Shown here piece by piece: positions 28,496-38,335 of a DNA stretch of 38,593 bases. Source of the stretch: a virus (taxonomy: Duplodnaviria; Heunggongvirae; Uroviricota; Caudoviricetes). Below the pieces are notes generated by a model that saw nothing but the letters and a program-made list of their open reading frames with translations, did not search any database and had not been told where the DNA came from. Made by a program: the position numbers and the translations under genes. The stretch lies in the IMG/VR virus record IMGVR_UViG_2917865565_000005, positions 1-38,593 of that record. One strand, written 5' to 3'. Numbering within the stretch: position 1 is the first letter of the stretch; every line of letters starts with the position of its first letter.

Positions 28496-28513
28496 TGTGC
28501 TGGCCGTCGTACA
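28496..28513. promoter_or_regulatory. TGT-N12-ACA dyad (late-promoter activator site) upstream of FI
   Basis: TGTgctggccgtcgtACA, centred about 83 bp upstream of the FI ATG (28588). Confidence 0.5.
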
Positions 28514-28587
28514 AACGACCTCGCGTGACCTAAGGCAACTTTATTTTCATAGTAGGCATTATCCCTGTAAACCGGAGAGACTGCCTT

Positions 28588-29760
28588 ATGGCTCAGGATT
28601 ACCACCACGGGGTGCGCGTTGTTGAAGTCAACGAAGGCACCCGATCTATTACCACGGTGAGCACCGCCATCGTGGGCATGGTCTGCACGGGCGATGATGC
28701 CGATGCAAAAATGTTTCCTCTTAATAAACCCGTGCTGATCACTGATGTGCTGACTGCCAGCGGTAAAGCGGGTGAGTCCGGCACACTGGCCCGCTCGCTG
28801 GATGCCATCGCTGACCAGGCAAAACCCGTGACCGTTGTTGTGCGTGTGCCGCAGGGTGAAACGGAAGAAGAAACCACGACCAATATCATCGGCGCAGTGA
28901 CTGCTGAAGGTAAAAAAACAGGCATGAAAGCCCTGTTATCTGCCCAGACACAGCTCGGCGTTAAACCGCGCATTCTCGGCGTGCCAGGTCACGATAACAA
29001 AGCCGTTGCTACTGAGTTGCTGAGTGTGGCGCAAAGCCTGCGTGGGTTTGCCTACCTGTCAGCGTATGGCTGCAAGACGGTACAGGAGGCGATCACTTAC
29101 CGTGAAAATTTCAGCCAGCGCGAAGGAATGCTGATCTGGCCTGACTTTACTGGCTGGGACACGGTGCTGAATGCCGAAGCAACGGCATATGCCACCGCCC
29201 GTGCGCTTGGTCTGCGTGCCAAAATTGATGAGCAGACCGGGTGGCACAAAAGCCTGTCCAACGTGGGCGTGAACGGTGTCACCGGAATTTCTGCAGATGT
29301 GTTCTGGGATCTGCAGGACCCGGCAACCGATGCAGGTCTGCTGAACCAGAACGACGTCACCACGCTTGTGCGTAAAGACGGTTTCCGCTTCTGGGGTTCT
29401 CGCTGCCTGAGTGATGACCCGCTCTTTGCCTTCGAAAACTACACCCGCACGGCGCAGGTGCTGACGGACACAATGGCAGAAGCGCACATGTGGGCAGTGG
29501 ACAAACCGCTGAACCCGTCGCTGGCGCGCGACATTATCGAGGGCATCCGCGCCAAAATGCGCAGCCTGGTCAGTCAGGGGTATCTCATTGGTGGTGATTG
29601 CTGGCTGGACGAGTCGGTGAACGACAAAGACACGCTGAAAGCCGGAAAACTCACAATCGACTACGACTACACGCCAGTGCCGCCACTTGAAAACCTGATG
29701 TTGCGTCAGCGCATCACCGATCAGTACCTGGTGAATTTCGCCAGCCAGGTTAGCGCGTAA
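28588..29760 (+). CDS. FI: Contractile tail sheath protein gpFI
   Basis: 390 aa, P2 FI-like length and position. Confidence 0.9.
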   Translation: MAQDYHHGVRVVEVNEGTRSITTVSTAIVGMVCTGDDADAKMFPLNKPVLITDVLTASGKAGESGTLARSLDAIADQAKPVTVVVRVPQGETEEETTTNIIGAVTAEGKKTGMKALLSAQTQLGVKPRILGVPGHDNKAVATELLSVAQSLRGFAYLSAYGCKTVQEAITYRENFSQREGMLIWPDFTGWDTVLNAEATAYATARALGLRAKIDEQTGWHKSLSNVGVNGVTGISADVFWDLQDPATDAGLLNQNDVTTLVRKDGFRFWGSRCLSDDPLFAFENYTRTAQVLTDTMAEAHMWAVDKPLNPSLARDIIEGIRAKMRSLVSQGYLIGGDCWLDESVNDKDTLKAGKLTIDYDYTPVPPLENLMLRQRITDQYLVNFASQVSA

Positions 29761-29769
29761 GGGGACAAC

Positions 29770-30285
29770 ATGGCTTTACCACGCAAATTAAAACACCTGA
29801 ACCTGTTTAACGATGGGAACAACTGGCAGGGGATCGTTGAGTCGCTGACGCTGCCGAAATTCACCCGCAAATATGAGAAGTATCGCGGCGGCGGAATGCC
29901 GGGTGCAGTGGATGTGGATCTGGGGCTTGATGACAGTGCGCTGGACACAGAATTTTCCATTGGTGGTACTGAACTGCTGCTGTTTAAACAGATGGGCAAA
30001 GCCACGGTGGATGGCATCCAGTTGCGCTTTACCGGCTCTATCCAGCGTGATGATACCGGGGAAGTACAGTCCGTGGAGCTTGTGGTGCGTGGACGTCACA
30101 AAGAAGTGGACTCCGGCGAGTGGAAGACGGGCGAAAGCAACACCACCAAAGTGACCAGTACCAACAGCTACGCGAAGCTGACTATCAATGGTGAGGTGCT
30201 CTATGAAGTGGACCTTATCAACATGGTGGAAATTGTGGACGGTGTGGACCTGATGGAAGCGCACCGCAACGCCCTTGGCCTCTGA
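29770..30285 (+). CDS. FII: Tail tube protein gpFII
   Basis: 171 aa, directly after the sheath gene. Confidence 0.9.
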   Translation: MALPRKLKHLNLFNDGNNWQGIVESLTLPKFTRKYEKYRGGGMPGAVDVDLGLDDSALDTEFSIGGTELLLFKQMGKATVDGIQLRFTGSIQRDDTGEVQSVELVVRGRHKEVDSGEWKTGESNTTKVTSTNSYAKLTINGEVLYEVDLINMVEIVDGVDLMEAHRNALGL

Positions 30286-30339
30286 TGTATCTGAACGGCG
30301 CGGAATGCCGCGCCAGAACCCAATTTACAGGACAGCAAA

Positions 30340-30642
30340 ATGAGCGATAAGCAGACTGAAAAGACCATTCAACTGGACACCCCCATCATGCGCGGTAAAA
30401 CAGAAATTACCGAAATTGTGCTGCGTAAACCGCAGTCCGGTGCGCTGCGCGGTACACGCCTGCAGGCCATTATGGATATGGATGTGAACGCGATGATGAC
30501 CGTGATCCCCCGCATTTCCAGTCCGGCACTGACTGCACAGGAAATTGCAGAGATGGACCCAGCAGACCTCACTGCCATGTCGGTTGAGGTTGTCACTTTT
30601 TTGTTGAAGAAGTCGGTGCTTGCCGGTTTACCGACAGCCTGA
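30340..30642 (+). CDS. E: Tail assembly chaperone gpE
   Basis: 100-aa ORF before the tape-measure gene; contains slippery TTTTTTG at 30598-30604. Confidence 0.8.
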   Translation: MSDKQTEKTIQLDTPIMRGKTEITEIVLRKPQSGALRGTRLQAIMDMDVNAMMTVIPRISSPALTAQEIAEMDPADLTAMSVEVVTFLLKKSVLAGLPTA

Positions 30643-30776
30643 CGGTTGACGATCTGGTGGCAGATATCGCCACCATTTTTCACTGGCCGCCATCCGTTAC
30701 TGACGTTATGCCGCTGACCGAAGTGCTGGAATGGCGGTATAAAGCGATTCAGAGAAGCGGGGCCAACGATGAGTGA
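30340..30776 (+). CDS. E+E': gpE+E' extended tail chaperone made by programmed -1 ribosomal frameshift
   Basis: After a -1 slip at T TTT TTG the frame reads '...VEEVGACRFTDSLTVDDLVADIATIFHWPPSVTDVMPLTEVLEWRYKAIQRSGANDE*', ending at 30774-30776 just inside the T start. Confidence 0.65.
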
Positions 30777-33700
30777 TAATAACCTGCGCCTGCAGGTCAT
30801 TCTTAATGCGGTTGACAAACTCACCCGCCCATTCCGTGCTGCACAGGCCAGTTCGAAAGAGCTGGCTGGCGCAATCAGAAACTCCCGTGACGCATTAAAG
30901 CAACTCAATCAGGCGGGTAACAGCCTGGAAAAATTTCGCAAGCTGCAGGCCGATAACAAAAAGTTAGGCGACAGGCTGAACTATGCCAGACAGAAGGCAA
31001 ATTTGCTTAGTTCTGAGCTGGAAGCGATGGAACAACCATCACAACGGCACCTTGTGGCTTTAGGTCGGCAAACGCTGGCAGTCCAACGCCTGGAAGAACA
31101 ACAAAAATATTTGCAGAAGCAAACGGCGCTTGTGCGTGCAGAACTGTACCGGGCGGGAATTTCTGCGAAAGACGATGCGGGAGCAACCGCCCGTTTAGCC
31201 CGTGAAACATCACGTTATAACCAGGAACTTTCGAAACAGGAGGCGCGGCTGAAGCGATTGGGGGAAGCTCAGCGCAGGATGAATGCAGCGCGTGCCAGTT
31301 ATGCCCGTTCGCTGGAGGTGCGTGATCGTATTGCAGGTGCCGGAGCCACCACCACGGCTGCAGGACTAGCAATGGGCGCACCAGTGATGGCGGCAGTAAA
31401 AAGCTATACCAGCATGGAAGATGCCATGAAAGGTGTGGCAAAGCAGGTCAATGGTCTGCGTGACGATAATGGCAACCGCACTGCACGTTTTTATGAAATG
31501 CAGGATGCCATCAAGGCTGCCAGCGAACAGTTGCCGATGGAAAACGGTGCGGTGGACTTCGCTGCACTGGTTGAAGGTGGTGCGCGCATGAACGTCGCAA
31601 ACCCTGACGACAGCTGGGAAGACCAGAAACGTGACCTGCTGGCCTTCGCCAGTACGGCAGCAAAGGCGGCAACAGCCTTTGAGCTGCCAGCGGATGAACT
31701 GTCAGAAAGTCTGGGGAAAATCGCCCAGCTCTACAAAATACCTACCCGCAATATTGAACAGCTCGGCGATGCGCTGAACTATCTGGATGATAACGCCATG
31801 TCGAAAGGGGCGGACATCATTGATGTGATGCAACGTCTGGGCGGTGTGGCTGACCGTCTGGATTATCGTAAAGCGGCGGCACTGGGTTCCACCTTTCTGA
31901 CACTGGGCGCTGCGCCGGAGGTTGCAGCCAGTGCAGCAAACGCGATGGTGCGTGAATTGTCCATTGCCACCATGCAAAGCAAGAGTTTCTTTGAAGGGAT
32001 GAATCTGCTGAAACTCAATCCTGAAGTGATTGAAAAGCAGATGACGAAGGATGCGATGGGAACTATCCAGCGTGTGCTGGAGAAGGTGAACGCACTGCCG
32101 CAGGACAAGCGTCTGTCTGCCATGACCATGTTGTTTGGTAAAGAGTTTGGTGATGACGCGGCGAAACTGGCAAACAACCTTCCGGAACTGCAGCGCCAGC
32201 TAAAACTGACAGCGGGCAATGATGCGCTCGGTTCCATGCAGAAAGAATCCGACATCAACAAAGACTCACTTTCTGCTCAGTGGTTGCTGGTCAAAACCGG
32301 AGCGCAGAACACCTTCAGCAGCCTGGGCGAAACGCTGCGCCAGCCGCTGATGGATATTCTGTACACGGTGAAAAGCATCACGGGGGCGTTGCGCCGCTGG
32401 GTGGAAGCTAACCCGGAACTGACAGGCACACTGATGAAAGTAGCGGCTGTTGTGGCTGCGGTTACCGTAGGCCTCGGCACCTTAGCGGTGGCGCTGGCTG
32501 CAGTGCTGGGGCCGCTGGCAGTGATCCGTCTGGGATTCTCTGTGCTGGGTATCAAAACGTTACCTTCCGTTACGGCAGCAGTAACTCGAACCAGCAACGC
32601 GTTGTCCTGCCTGGCTGGCGCACCACTGGCACTGCTGCGACGCGGGCTTGCTTCATCGAGGAGCAGTGCGGGTTTGCTTACTGCGCCGCTGTTGTCTTTG
32701 CGCCGCACGGCATCACTGACGGGGAATGCCCTGAAAACTGTGGCAGCTGCGCCGGTTGCACTTTTGCGGTCTGGATTATCCGGTTTACGTGCTGTTACTG
32801 TGATGTTTATGAATCCTCTGGCGGTACTGCGCGGTGGACTGGCTGCCGCAGGCGCGGTGCTTCGTGTGCTTGCATCCGGTCCGCTGGCGATGCTGCGCGT
32901 TGCCCTGTATGCCATATCTGGTCTGTTAGGTGCTCTGCTCAGTCCGATAGGTCTTGTGGTTACTGCTCTGGCGGGTGTGGCGCTGGTTGTCTGGAAATAC
33001 TGGCAACCCATCACCGCATTTCTCGGTGGCGTGGTGGAAGGATTCAAAGCGGCGGCAGGTCCCGTCAGTGCCGCATTCGAACCGCTTAAGCCCGTGTTCC
33101 AGTGGGTTGGCGACAAAGTACAGGCGCTGTGGGGCTGGTTTACTGATCTGCTGACGCCCGTTAAGTCGACCTCTGCCGAACTGCAGAGTGCAGCGGCAAT
33201 GGGGCGGCGATTCGGGGAGGCACTGGCGGAAGGGCTGAATATGGTCATGCATCCGCTGGACTCCCTGAAATCCGGCGTTTCCTGGTTGTTGGATAAACTC
33301 GGCATTGTCAGTAAAGAGGCCGCAAAGGCAAAACTGCCGGAAAGCGTGACGCGTCAGCAACCTGCGACGGTGAATGCAGACGGTAAAGTGATGATGACAT
33401 CGGGTGGTTTTCCGTCATGGGGATATGGCTTTGCGGGGATGTATGACAGCGGCGGGTATATCCCGCGTGGGCAGTTTGGCATCGTCGGTGAAAATGGGCC
33501 GGAAATTGTTAACGGCCCGGCAAACGTGACCAGCCGGAGAAATACCGCTGCACTGGCTGCGGTTGTTGCCGGAATGATGGGCGTTGCTGCCGCGCCAGCA
33601 GAGCTTCCACCGTTGCATCCTTTGGCACTTCCCGCGAAAGGCGGTGAAGCGATGGTGAGTCGCGCAGCTACTGTGCCGCCCATTCAACGGATTGAGGCAC

Positions 33701-33846
33701 CGACGCAGATCATCATCCAGACGCAGCCAGGACAAAGTGCGCAGGATATTGCGCGGGAGGTGGCACGCCAGCTTGATGAACGTGAACGCAGGCTGAAGGC
33801 AAAGGCCAGGAGTAACTACAGCGATCAGGGGGGATACGACGCATGA
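30769..33846 (+). CDS. T: Tail tape measure protein gpT
   Basis: 1025 aa; coiled-coil N-terminus, Ala/Gly-rich hydrophobic middle. Confidence 0.9.
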   Translation: MSDNNLRLQVILNAVDKLTRPFRAAQASSKELAGAIRNSRDALKQLNQAGNSLEKFRKLQADNKKLGDRLNYARQKANLLSSELEAMEQPSQRHLVALGRQTLAVQRLEEQQKYLQKQTALVRAELYRAGISAKDDAGATARLARETSRYNQELSKQEARLKRLGEAQRRMNAARASYARSLEVRDRIAGAGATTTAAGLAMGAPVMAAVKSYTSMEDAMKGVAKQVNGLRDDNGNRTARFYEMQDAIKAASEQLPMENGAVDFAALVEGGARMNVANPDDSWEDQKRDLLAFASTAAKAATAFELPADELSESLGKIAQLYKIPTRNIEQLGDALNYLDDNAMSKGADIIDVMQRLGGVADRLDYRKAAALGSTFLTLGAAPEVAASAANAMVRELSIATMQSKSFFEGMNLLKLNPEVIEKQMTKDAMGTIQRVLEKVNALPQDKRLSAMTMLFGKEFGDDAAKLANNLPELQRQLKLTAGNDALGSMQKESDINKDSLSAQWLLVKTGAQNTFSSLGETLRQPLMDILYTVKSITGALRRWVEANPELTGTLMKVAAVVAAVTVGLGTLAVALAAVLGPLAVIRLGFSVLGIKTLPSVTAAVTRTSNALSCLAGAPLALLRRGLASSRSSAGLLTAPLLSLRRTASLTGNALKTVAAAPVALLRSGLSGLRAVTVMFMNPLAVLRGGLAAAGAVLRVLASGPLAMLRVALYAISGLLGALLSPIGLVVTALAGVALVVWKYWQPITAFLGGVVEGFKAAAGPVSAAFEPLKPVFQWVGDKVQALWGWFTDLLTPVKSTSAELQSAAAMGRRFGEALAEGLNMVMHPLDSLKSGVSWLLDKLGIVSKEAAKAKLPESVTRQQPATVNADGKVMMTSGGFPSWGYGFAGMYDSGGYIPRGQFGIVGENGPEIVNGPANVTSRRNTAALAAVVAGMMGVAAAPAELPPLHPLALPAKGGEAMVSRAATVPPIQRIEAPTQIIIQTQPGQSAQDIAREVARQLDERERRLKAKARSNYSDQGGYDA

Positions 33847-34328
33847 TGATGGTGCTGGGATTGTACGTGTTTATGCTGCGCACCGTGCCGTATCAGGAGC
33901 TGCAGTATCAGCGCAGCTGGCGACATGCGGCTAACAGCCGGGTTAACCGACGCCCGTCAACGCAGTTTCTGGGACCGGATAACGACATGCTGACGCTTTC
34001 TGGCGTTCTTATGCCGGAGATAACAGGCGGCAGGCTGTCGTTGCTGGCACTGGAGCAGATGGCAGAACAGGGGAAAGCATGGCCTCTGATTGAAGGCAGC
34101 GGCACGATTTACGGCATGTATGTGATTGAGGGACTGAATCAGACTAAAACGGAGTTTTTCCGCGACGGTATGCCGCGCCGGGTTGAGTTCACCCTGTCGC
34201 TCAAACGGGTGGATGAATCCCTGTCCGATATGTTCGGTGATCTCAGTTCGCAGTTGAATAATCTGCAGGACACGGCAACATCTGCATTAAGCGATATCAG
34301 TAAAACGGTGGGAGGGCTGCTGTCGTGA
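33843..34328 (+). CDS. U: Tail protein gpU
   Basis: 161 aa after T, P2 U-like. Confidence 0.85.
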   Translation: MMMVLGLYVFMLRTVPYQELQYQRSWRHAANSRVNRRPSTQFLGPDNDMLTLSGVLMPEITGGRLSLLALEQMAEQGKAWPLIEGSGTIYGMYVIEGLNQTKTEFFRDGMPRRVEFTLSLKRVDESLSDMFGDLSSQLNNLQDTATSALSDISKTVGGLLS

Positions 34329-35425
34329 ATTTCAGCTCTGAACTGCTTAACAAAGGTAACAAAACTCCCGCATTCAGCATCAGTATTGAGGGCAGGGATA
34401 TCACCACTGTGCTGGATAACCGCCTGATGAGTCTGACGCTGACGGACAATCGGGGCTTTGAAGCGGACCAGCTTGATCTGGAACTGGATGATGCCGACGG
34501 AAAAATCGTGCTGCCGCGCCGTGGTGCGGTCATTACGCTGGCGCTGGGCTGGAAGGGGCAGCCGCTTTTCCCAAAAGGGGCATTCACGGTGGATGAGATT
34601 GAACACACTGGCGCACCGGACCGCCTGACCATCCGGGCGCGAAGTGCTGATTTTCGGGAAACGCTGAATACCCGCCGTGAAAAATCGTGGCACAAGACCA
34701 CGGTCGGGGAAGTGGTGAAGGAAATAGCTGCGCGTCACAAACTGAAGATGGCACTGGGTAAAGACCTGTCGGATAAAACCGTGGATCATATAGACCAGAC
34801 TAATGAGAGTGACGGCAGTTTTCTGATGCGGCTGGCGCGCCAGTACGGTGCTATTGCGTCGGTGAAAAATAGCAATCTGTTATTCATCCGGCAGGGACAG
34901 GGTAAAAGTGCCAGCGGTAAACCACTGCCGGTGATCACTATCACACGCAAGGACGGCGACAGTCACCGCTTTACCCTGGCAGATCGCGGAGCCTATACGG
35001 GCGTAATTGCCAGCTGGTTGCATACCCGCGAACCCACCAAGAAAGAAAGCACTACAGTGAAGCGTAAGCGCAGGACTAAGAAGCAGAAGAAAGAGCCAGA
35101 AGCGAAGCAGGGCGATTACCTTGTGGGGACGGATGAAAATGTGCTGGTACTTAATCGCACTTATGCCACCCGGAGCAACGCCGAACGGGCCGCGAAAATG
35201 CAGTGGGAACGACTGCAACGCGGTGTTGCGTCATTCTCGCTACAACTGGCGGAAGGTCGGGCAGATCTCTACACGGAAATGCCTGTGAAAGTCAGTGGCT
35301 TTAAACAGCCGATAGATGATGCGGAATGGACCATTACCACCCTGACGCATACAGTCAGCCCGGATAACGGTTTTACGACCAGTCTGGAGCTTGAAGTGAA
35401 GATTGATGATTTCGAAATGGAATGA
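34325..35425 (+). CDS. D: Tail / late control protein gpD
   Basis: 366 aa; 'LSLTLTDNRGFEADQLDLELDD' and 'VKVSGFK' match P2 D as recalled. Confidence 0.85.
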   Translation: MNFSSELLNKGNKTPAFSISIEGRDITTVLDNRLMSLTLTDNRGFEADQLDLELDDADGKIVLPRRGAVITLALGWKGQPLFPKGAFTVDEIEHTGAPDRLTIRARSADFRETLNTRREKSWHKTTVGEVVKEIAARHKLKMALGKDLSDKTVDHIDQTNESDGSFLMRLARQYGAIASVKNSNLLFIRQGQGKSASGKPLPVITITRKDGDSHRFTLADRGAYTGVIASWLHTREPTKKESTTVKRKRRTKKQKKEPEAKQGDYLVGTDENVLVLNRTYATRSNAERAAKMQWERLQRGVASFSLQLAEGRADLYTEMPVKVSGFKQPIDDAEWTITTLTHTVSPDNGFTTSLELEVKIDDFEME

Positions 35426-35515
35426 TTCTTCGCAATGGAGAACTTTTAGGTTTTCAAAATGGAATAATGCGGTATCGTTATTGTGAATTTAGCAAAAATG
35501 GGGAGAACTCGAAAA

Positions 35516-35734
35516 ATGATGATTTGCCCACTGTGTGGAAGTGCCGCCCATACTCGCAGCAGTTTTCAGGTATCTTCATTGACCAAAGAGCGTTACAACC
35601 AGTGCCAGAACATTAACTGCAGCCATACTTTTGTTACCCATGAAACTTTTGTTCGTTCGATTGCAATGCCAAAAGAGTCAAATCCGGTTCAGCCGCATCC
35701 AATGAAATCAGGACAGGTGGCGCTCTCTCTTTGA
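35516..35734 (+). CDS. ogr: Ogr/Delta-type zinc-finger late transcription activator
   Basis: 'MMICPLCGSAAHTRSS...ERYNQCQNINCSHTF' gives the Cys4 finger CPLC...CQNxNC as in P2 Ogr; ORF track begins at an upstream GTG (35483). Confidence 0.8.
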   Translation: MMICPLCGSAAHTRSSFQVSSLTKERYNQCQNINCSHTFVTHETFVRSIAMPKESNPVQPHPMKSGQVALSL

Positions 35735-35814
35735 CGCTGCCGCCAATTTGTCGCCATCATTAAAAAACAGTGCTTCTAACATCATGATTTTAAAGAGCAT
35801 AAATTTTAGGCAAC

Positions 35815-35857
35815 AAAAAACCCATCAACCTTGAACCAAAATGGCGGGGTTGATGGG
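35815..35857 (-). terminator. Hairpin plus T-tract (minus-strand sense), about 115 nt downstream of the ybjL stop
   Basis: Perfect 10-bp inverted repeat CCCATCAACC (35821-30) / GGTTGATGGG (35848-57), followed on the minus strand by T6 (complement of 35815-20); large 17-nt loop. Confidence 0.4.
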
Positions 35858-35970
35858 CTCCACAAAATGGGGACATCAAAGAAAAGCAGTGGCACTAATT
35901 AAGACTGATGCCCCAAAGAAAAGTTCGCCGATTGTACAAAAAAAATTTCATTTTCAGGGCAACTTCAGTT

Positions 35971-37658
35971 TTATCCGAGTCCTGGCCATACCATGACAAT
36001 GATTGTCCCGGCCAGCGTTAGCAGTACGTTAGCTATTGCATAAGTGCCCGCATAACCTAAGGCTGGGATGTTACTGCGTGCGGTGTCGCTGATGATCTCC
36101 ATTGCCGGAGCACAAGTACGCGCGCCCATCATCGCGCCGAACAGGAGTGCGCGGTTCATACGCAGTACATAAGCGCCGAACAGGAAGCAGATAACCACCG
36201 GCACCAGACTGACAATCAATCCGGCAATTAACATCTGACCACCGATCGCGCCCAGGCCGTTATTAATGCCGCTACCGGCGCTTAAACCAACGCCTGCCAT
36301 AAACACCATCAAGCCGAACTCTTTCACCATGCTTAACGCCCCCTGCGGAATGTAACCGAAGGTCGGGTGGTTAGCGCGCATAAAGCCCAACATAATGCCG
36401 GCGAATAACAAGCCAGCAGCGTTACCCATGCCAAAGCTAAATGTACTGAACTGGAAGGTAATCATCCCGATCATCAGGCCAATAACAAAGAACGCGCAGA
36501 ATGCCAGCAGGTCTGTGACCTGGCTGTGAATCGAGATAAAGCCGATGCGGTCAGCAATGGTTTTCACGCGACGGGCATCGCCGCTCACCTGTAAAACATC
36601 ACCTTTATTAAGCACAACGTTGTCATCAATTGGCATCTCAATCTGGCTGCGGATGACGCGGTTAAGGAAGCAACCGTGATCGGTCAACTTTAGTTGTGCC
36701 AGACGTTTACCTACCGCGTTATGGTTTTTGACGACGACCTCTTCAGTGACGATACGCATGTCGAGAAGGTCACGATCAAAAACTTCTTTACCGTTACGGA
36801 AGCTGGGATCGAGGCGGGCGTGGGCGTCTGGATATCCCACTAACGCTATCTCATCGCCCATTTGCAGTACGGCGTCGCCATCTGGATTTGCCAGAATCCC
36901 GTTACGACGAATACGTTCAATGTAGCAACCGGTTTGACGATAAATACCCAATTCACGCAGATTTTTGCCGTCGGTCCAGGCCACCAGCTCCGGGCCGACA
37001 CGGTAGGCGCGGATCACCGGCAAATAAACTTTGCGGCTGGCATCGGTGTCCAGGCCACGTTCGCGAGCGATTTGTTGGGCGCTGGTCTGTAAATCCTGAT
37101 GTTGCAACTTCGGTAAATAACGTGCACCGACAATTAAACTCACCAGGCCAATTAAATAAGTTAACGCATACCCAAGGCTTAGATTATCCAGTGCTGTGGA
37201 GAGCTGTCCGCTTTCCATACCGGAATGGCGTAATGTGTCGCCAGCACCGACCAGAACCGGTGTCGATGTCATGGAGCCAGCCAACATACCGGCCGTCAGA
37301 CCGATATCCCAGCCAAACAGCTTACCCAACCCTAAGGCGATCGCCAGCGCACTGCTAACCATCACCAGAGCTAACATTAGGTAATTTTTCCCATCGCGGA
37401 AAAAAATGGAAAAAAAAGTTGGGTCCGGCTTCGACCCCGACGCAGAAAATAAACAACATAAAGCCAAGATTAAGCGCGTCGGTGTTAATGCTGAAATGTT
37501 GTTGCCCTAATAGTAACGATACGACTAAAAACGCCAATGGAATTACCCAGTTGGATTGAACCAAGTCGTAATTTTCCTAGACATAGTCCAAGCGCAAGGA
37601 CTACAAATAATAACAGAATGTAATTCCCATTTAACAATTCGGCGACGTTTATATTCAC
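35971..37658 (-). pseudogene. ybjL: Putative transport protein YbjL (host); reading frame broken twice at homopolymers in this sequence
   Basis: Three frame segments encode one contiguous YbjL-like protein; joints at A8 37410-37417 (gives '...[14 protein letters not shown]' versus the other frame '...[14 protein letters not shown]') and A5 37527-37531; span is 562 codons plus 2 extra bases; start GTG 37656-37658. Confidence 0.85.
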
Positions 37659-37925
37659 GGAGACTAACTTCTTGTTTACGAGTAAGCTGTTGAAAGAAAT
37701 GGTAATTTAAGATAATGTTTTTACCTGAAATCAGGGCGCGAATTCATTCAGCGCACTTAAGCAATAGTAAAGAAACAATATATTTTACTAGTGTAATCAC
37801 ATTAAGTACCAACGGCTATAAAAATTGCGTTGGCCTATATTAGCATGGAATGCGAAGCGGCTTTATCTTACTGAACGCCATAGTGGCGAAAATGTGTTCG
37901 ATAGAGGCAGTGTCAGGAGGAGCGA

Positions 37926-38304
37926 GTGAAACATAAACAACGTTGGGCGGGGGCAATCTGCTGTTTTGTCCTCTTCATTGTAGTGTGCCTGTTCCTGGCG
38001 ACGCAAATGAAAGGCGCTTTTCGGGCTGCCGGGCATCCTGAAATCGGCTTGCTGTTTTTCATTCTTCCTGGGGCGGTTGCCAGCTTTTTTTTCGCAGCGT
38101 AGAGAAGTCCTTAAACCGCTGTTTGGCGCAATGCTGGCGGCACCGTGTTCTATGTTAATTATGCGTCTGTTTTTTTCACCAACACGCTCATTCTGGCAAG
38201 AGCTGGCATGGTTATTGAGCGCCGTCTTCTGGTGTGCGTTGGGGGCGTTGTGTTTCTTGTTTATTAGTAGTTTGTTCAAGTCACAGCACAGAAAAAATCA
38301 ATAA
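37926..38304 (+). pseudogene. ybjM: Inner membrane protein YbjM (host); frame broken at a T8 run
   Basis: GTG 37926 reads 'VKHKQRWAGAICCFVLFIVVCLFLATQMKGAFRAAGHPEIGLLFFILPGAVASFFFAA*'; remainder is in the +1 frame (ORF 38077..38304 '...SQRREVLKPLFGAMLAAPCSMLIMR...'); joint at T8 38085-38092. Confidence 0.8.
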
Positions 38305-38335
38305 AGCCCTCAAACAGAGAGGGCTTATCCGGCAA

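Noticed and set aside
28411-28608. 65-aa minus-strand ORF upstream of the acyltransferase gene
   Set aside because: Overlaps the FI promoter region and the FI start, has no SD; likely spurious.
32277-33305. 342-aa ORF antisense to the tape-measure gene, and similar long antisense ORFs (8301..9041 inside A, 24587..25231 inside I/H, 14794..15685 inside P)
   Set aside because: They lie wholly inside well-supported genes on the other strand, have Ala/Arg/Pro-rich low-complexity translations typical of antisense reading of GC-rich coding DNA, and lack ribosome-binding sites.
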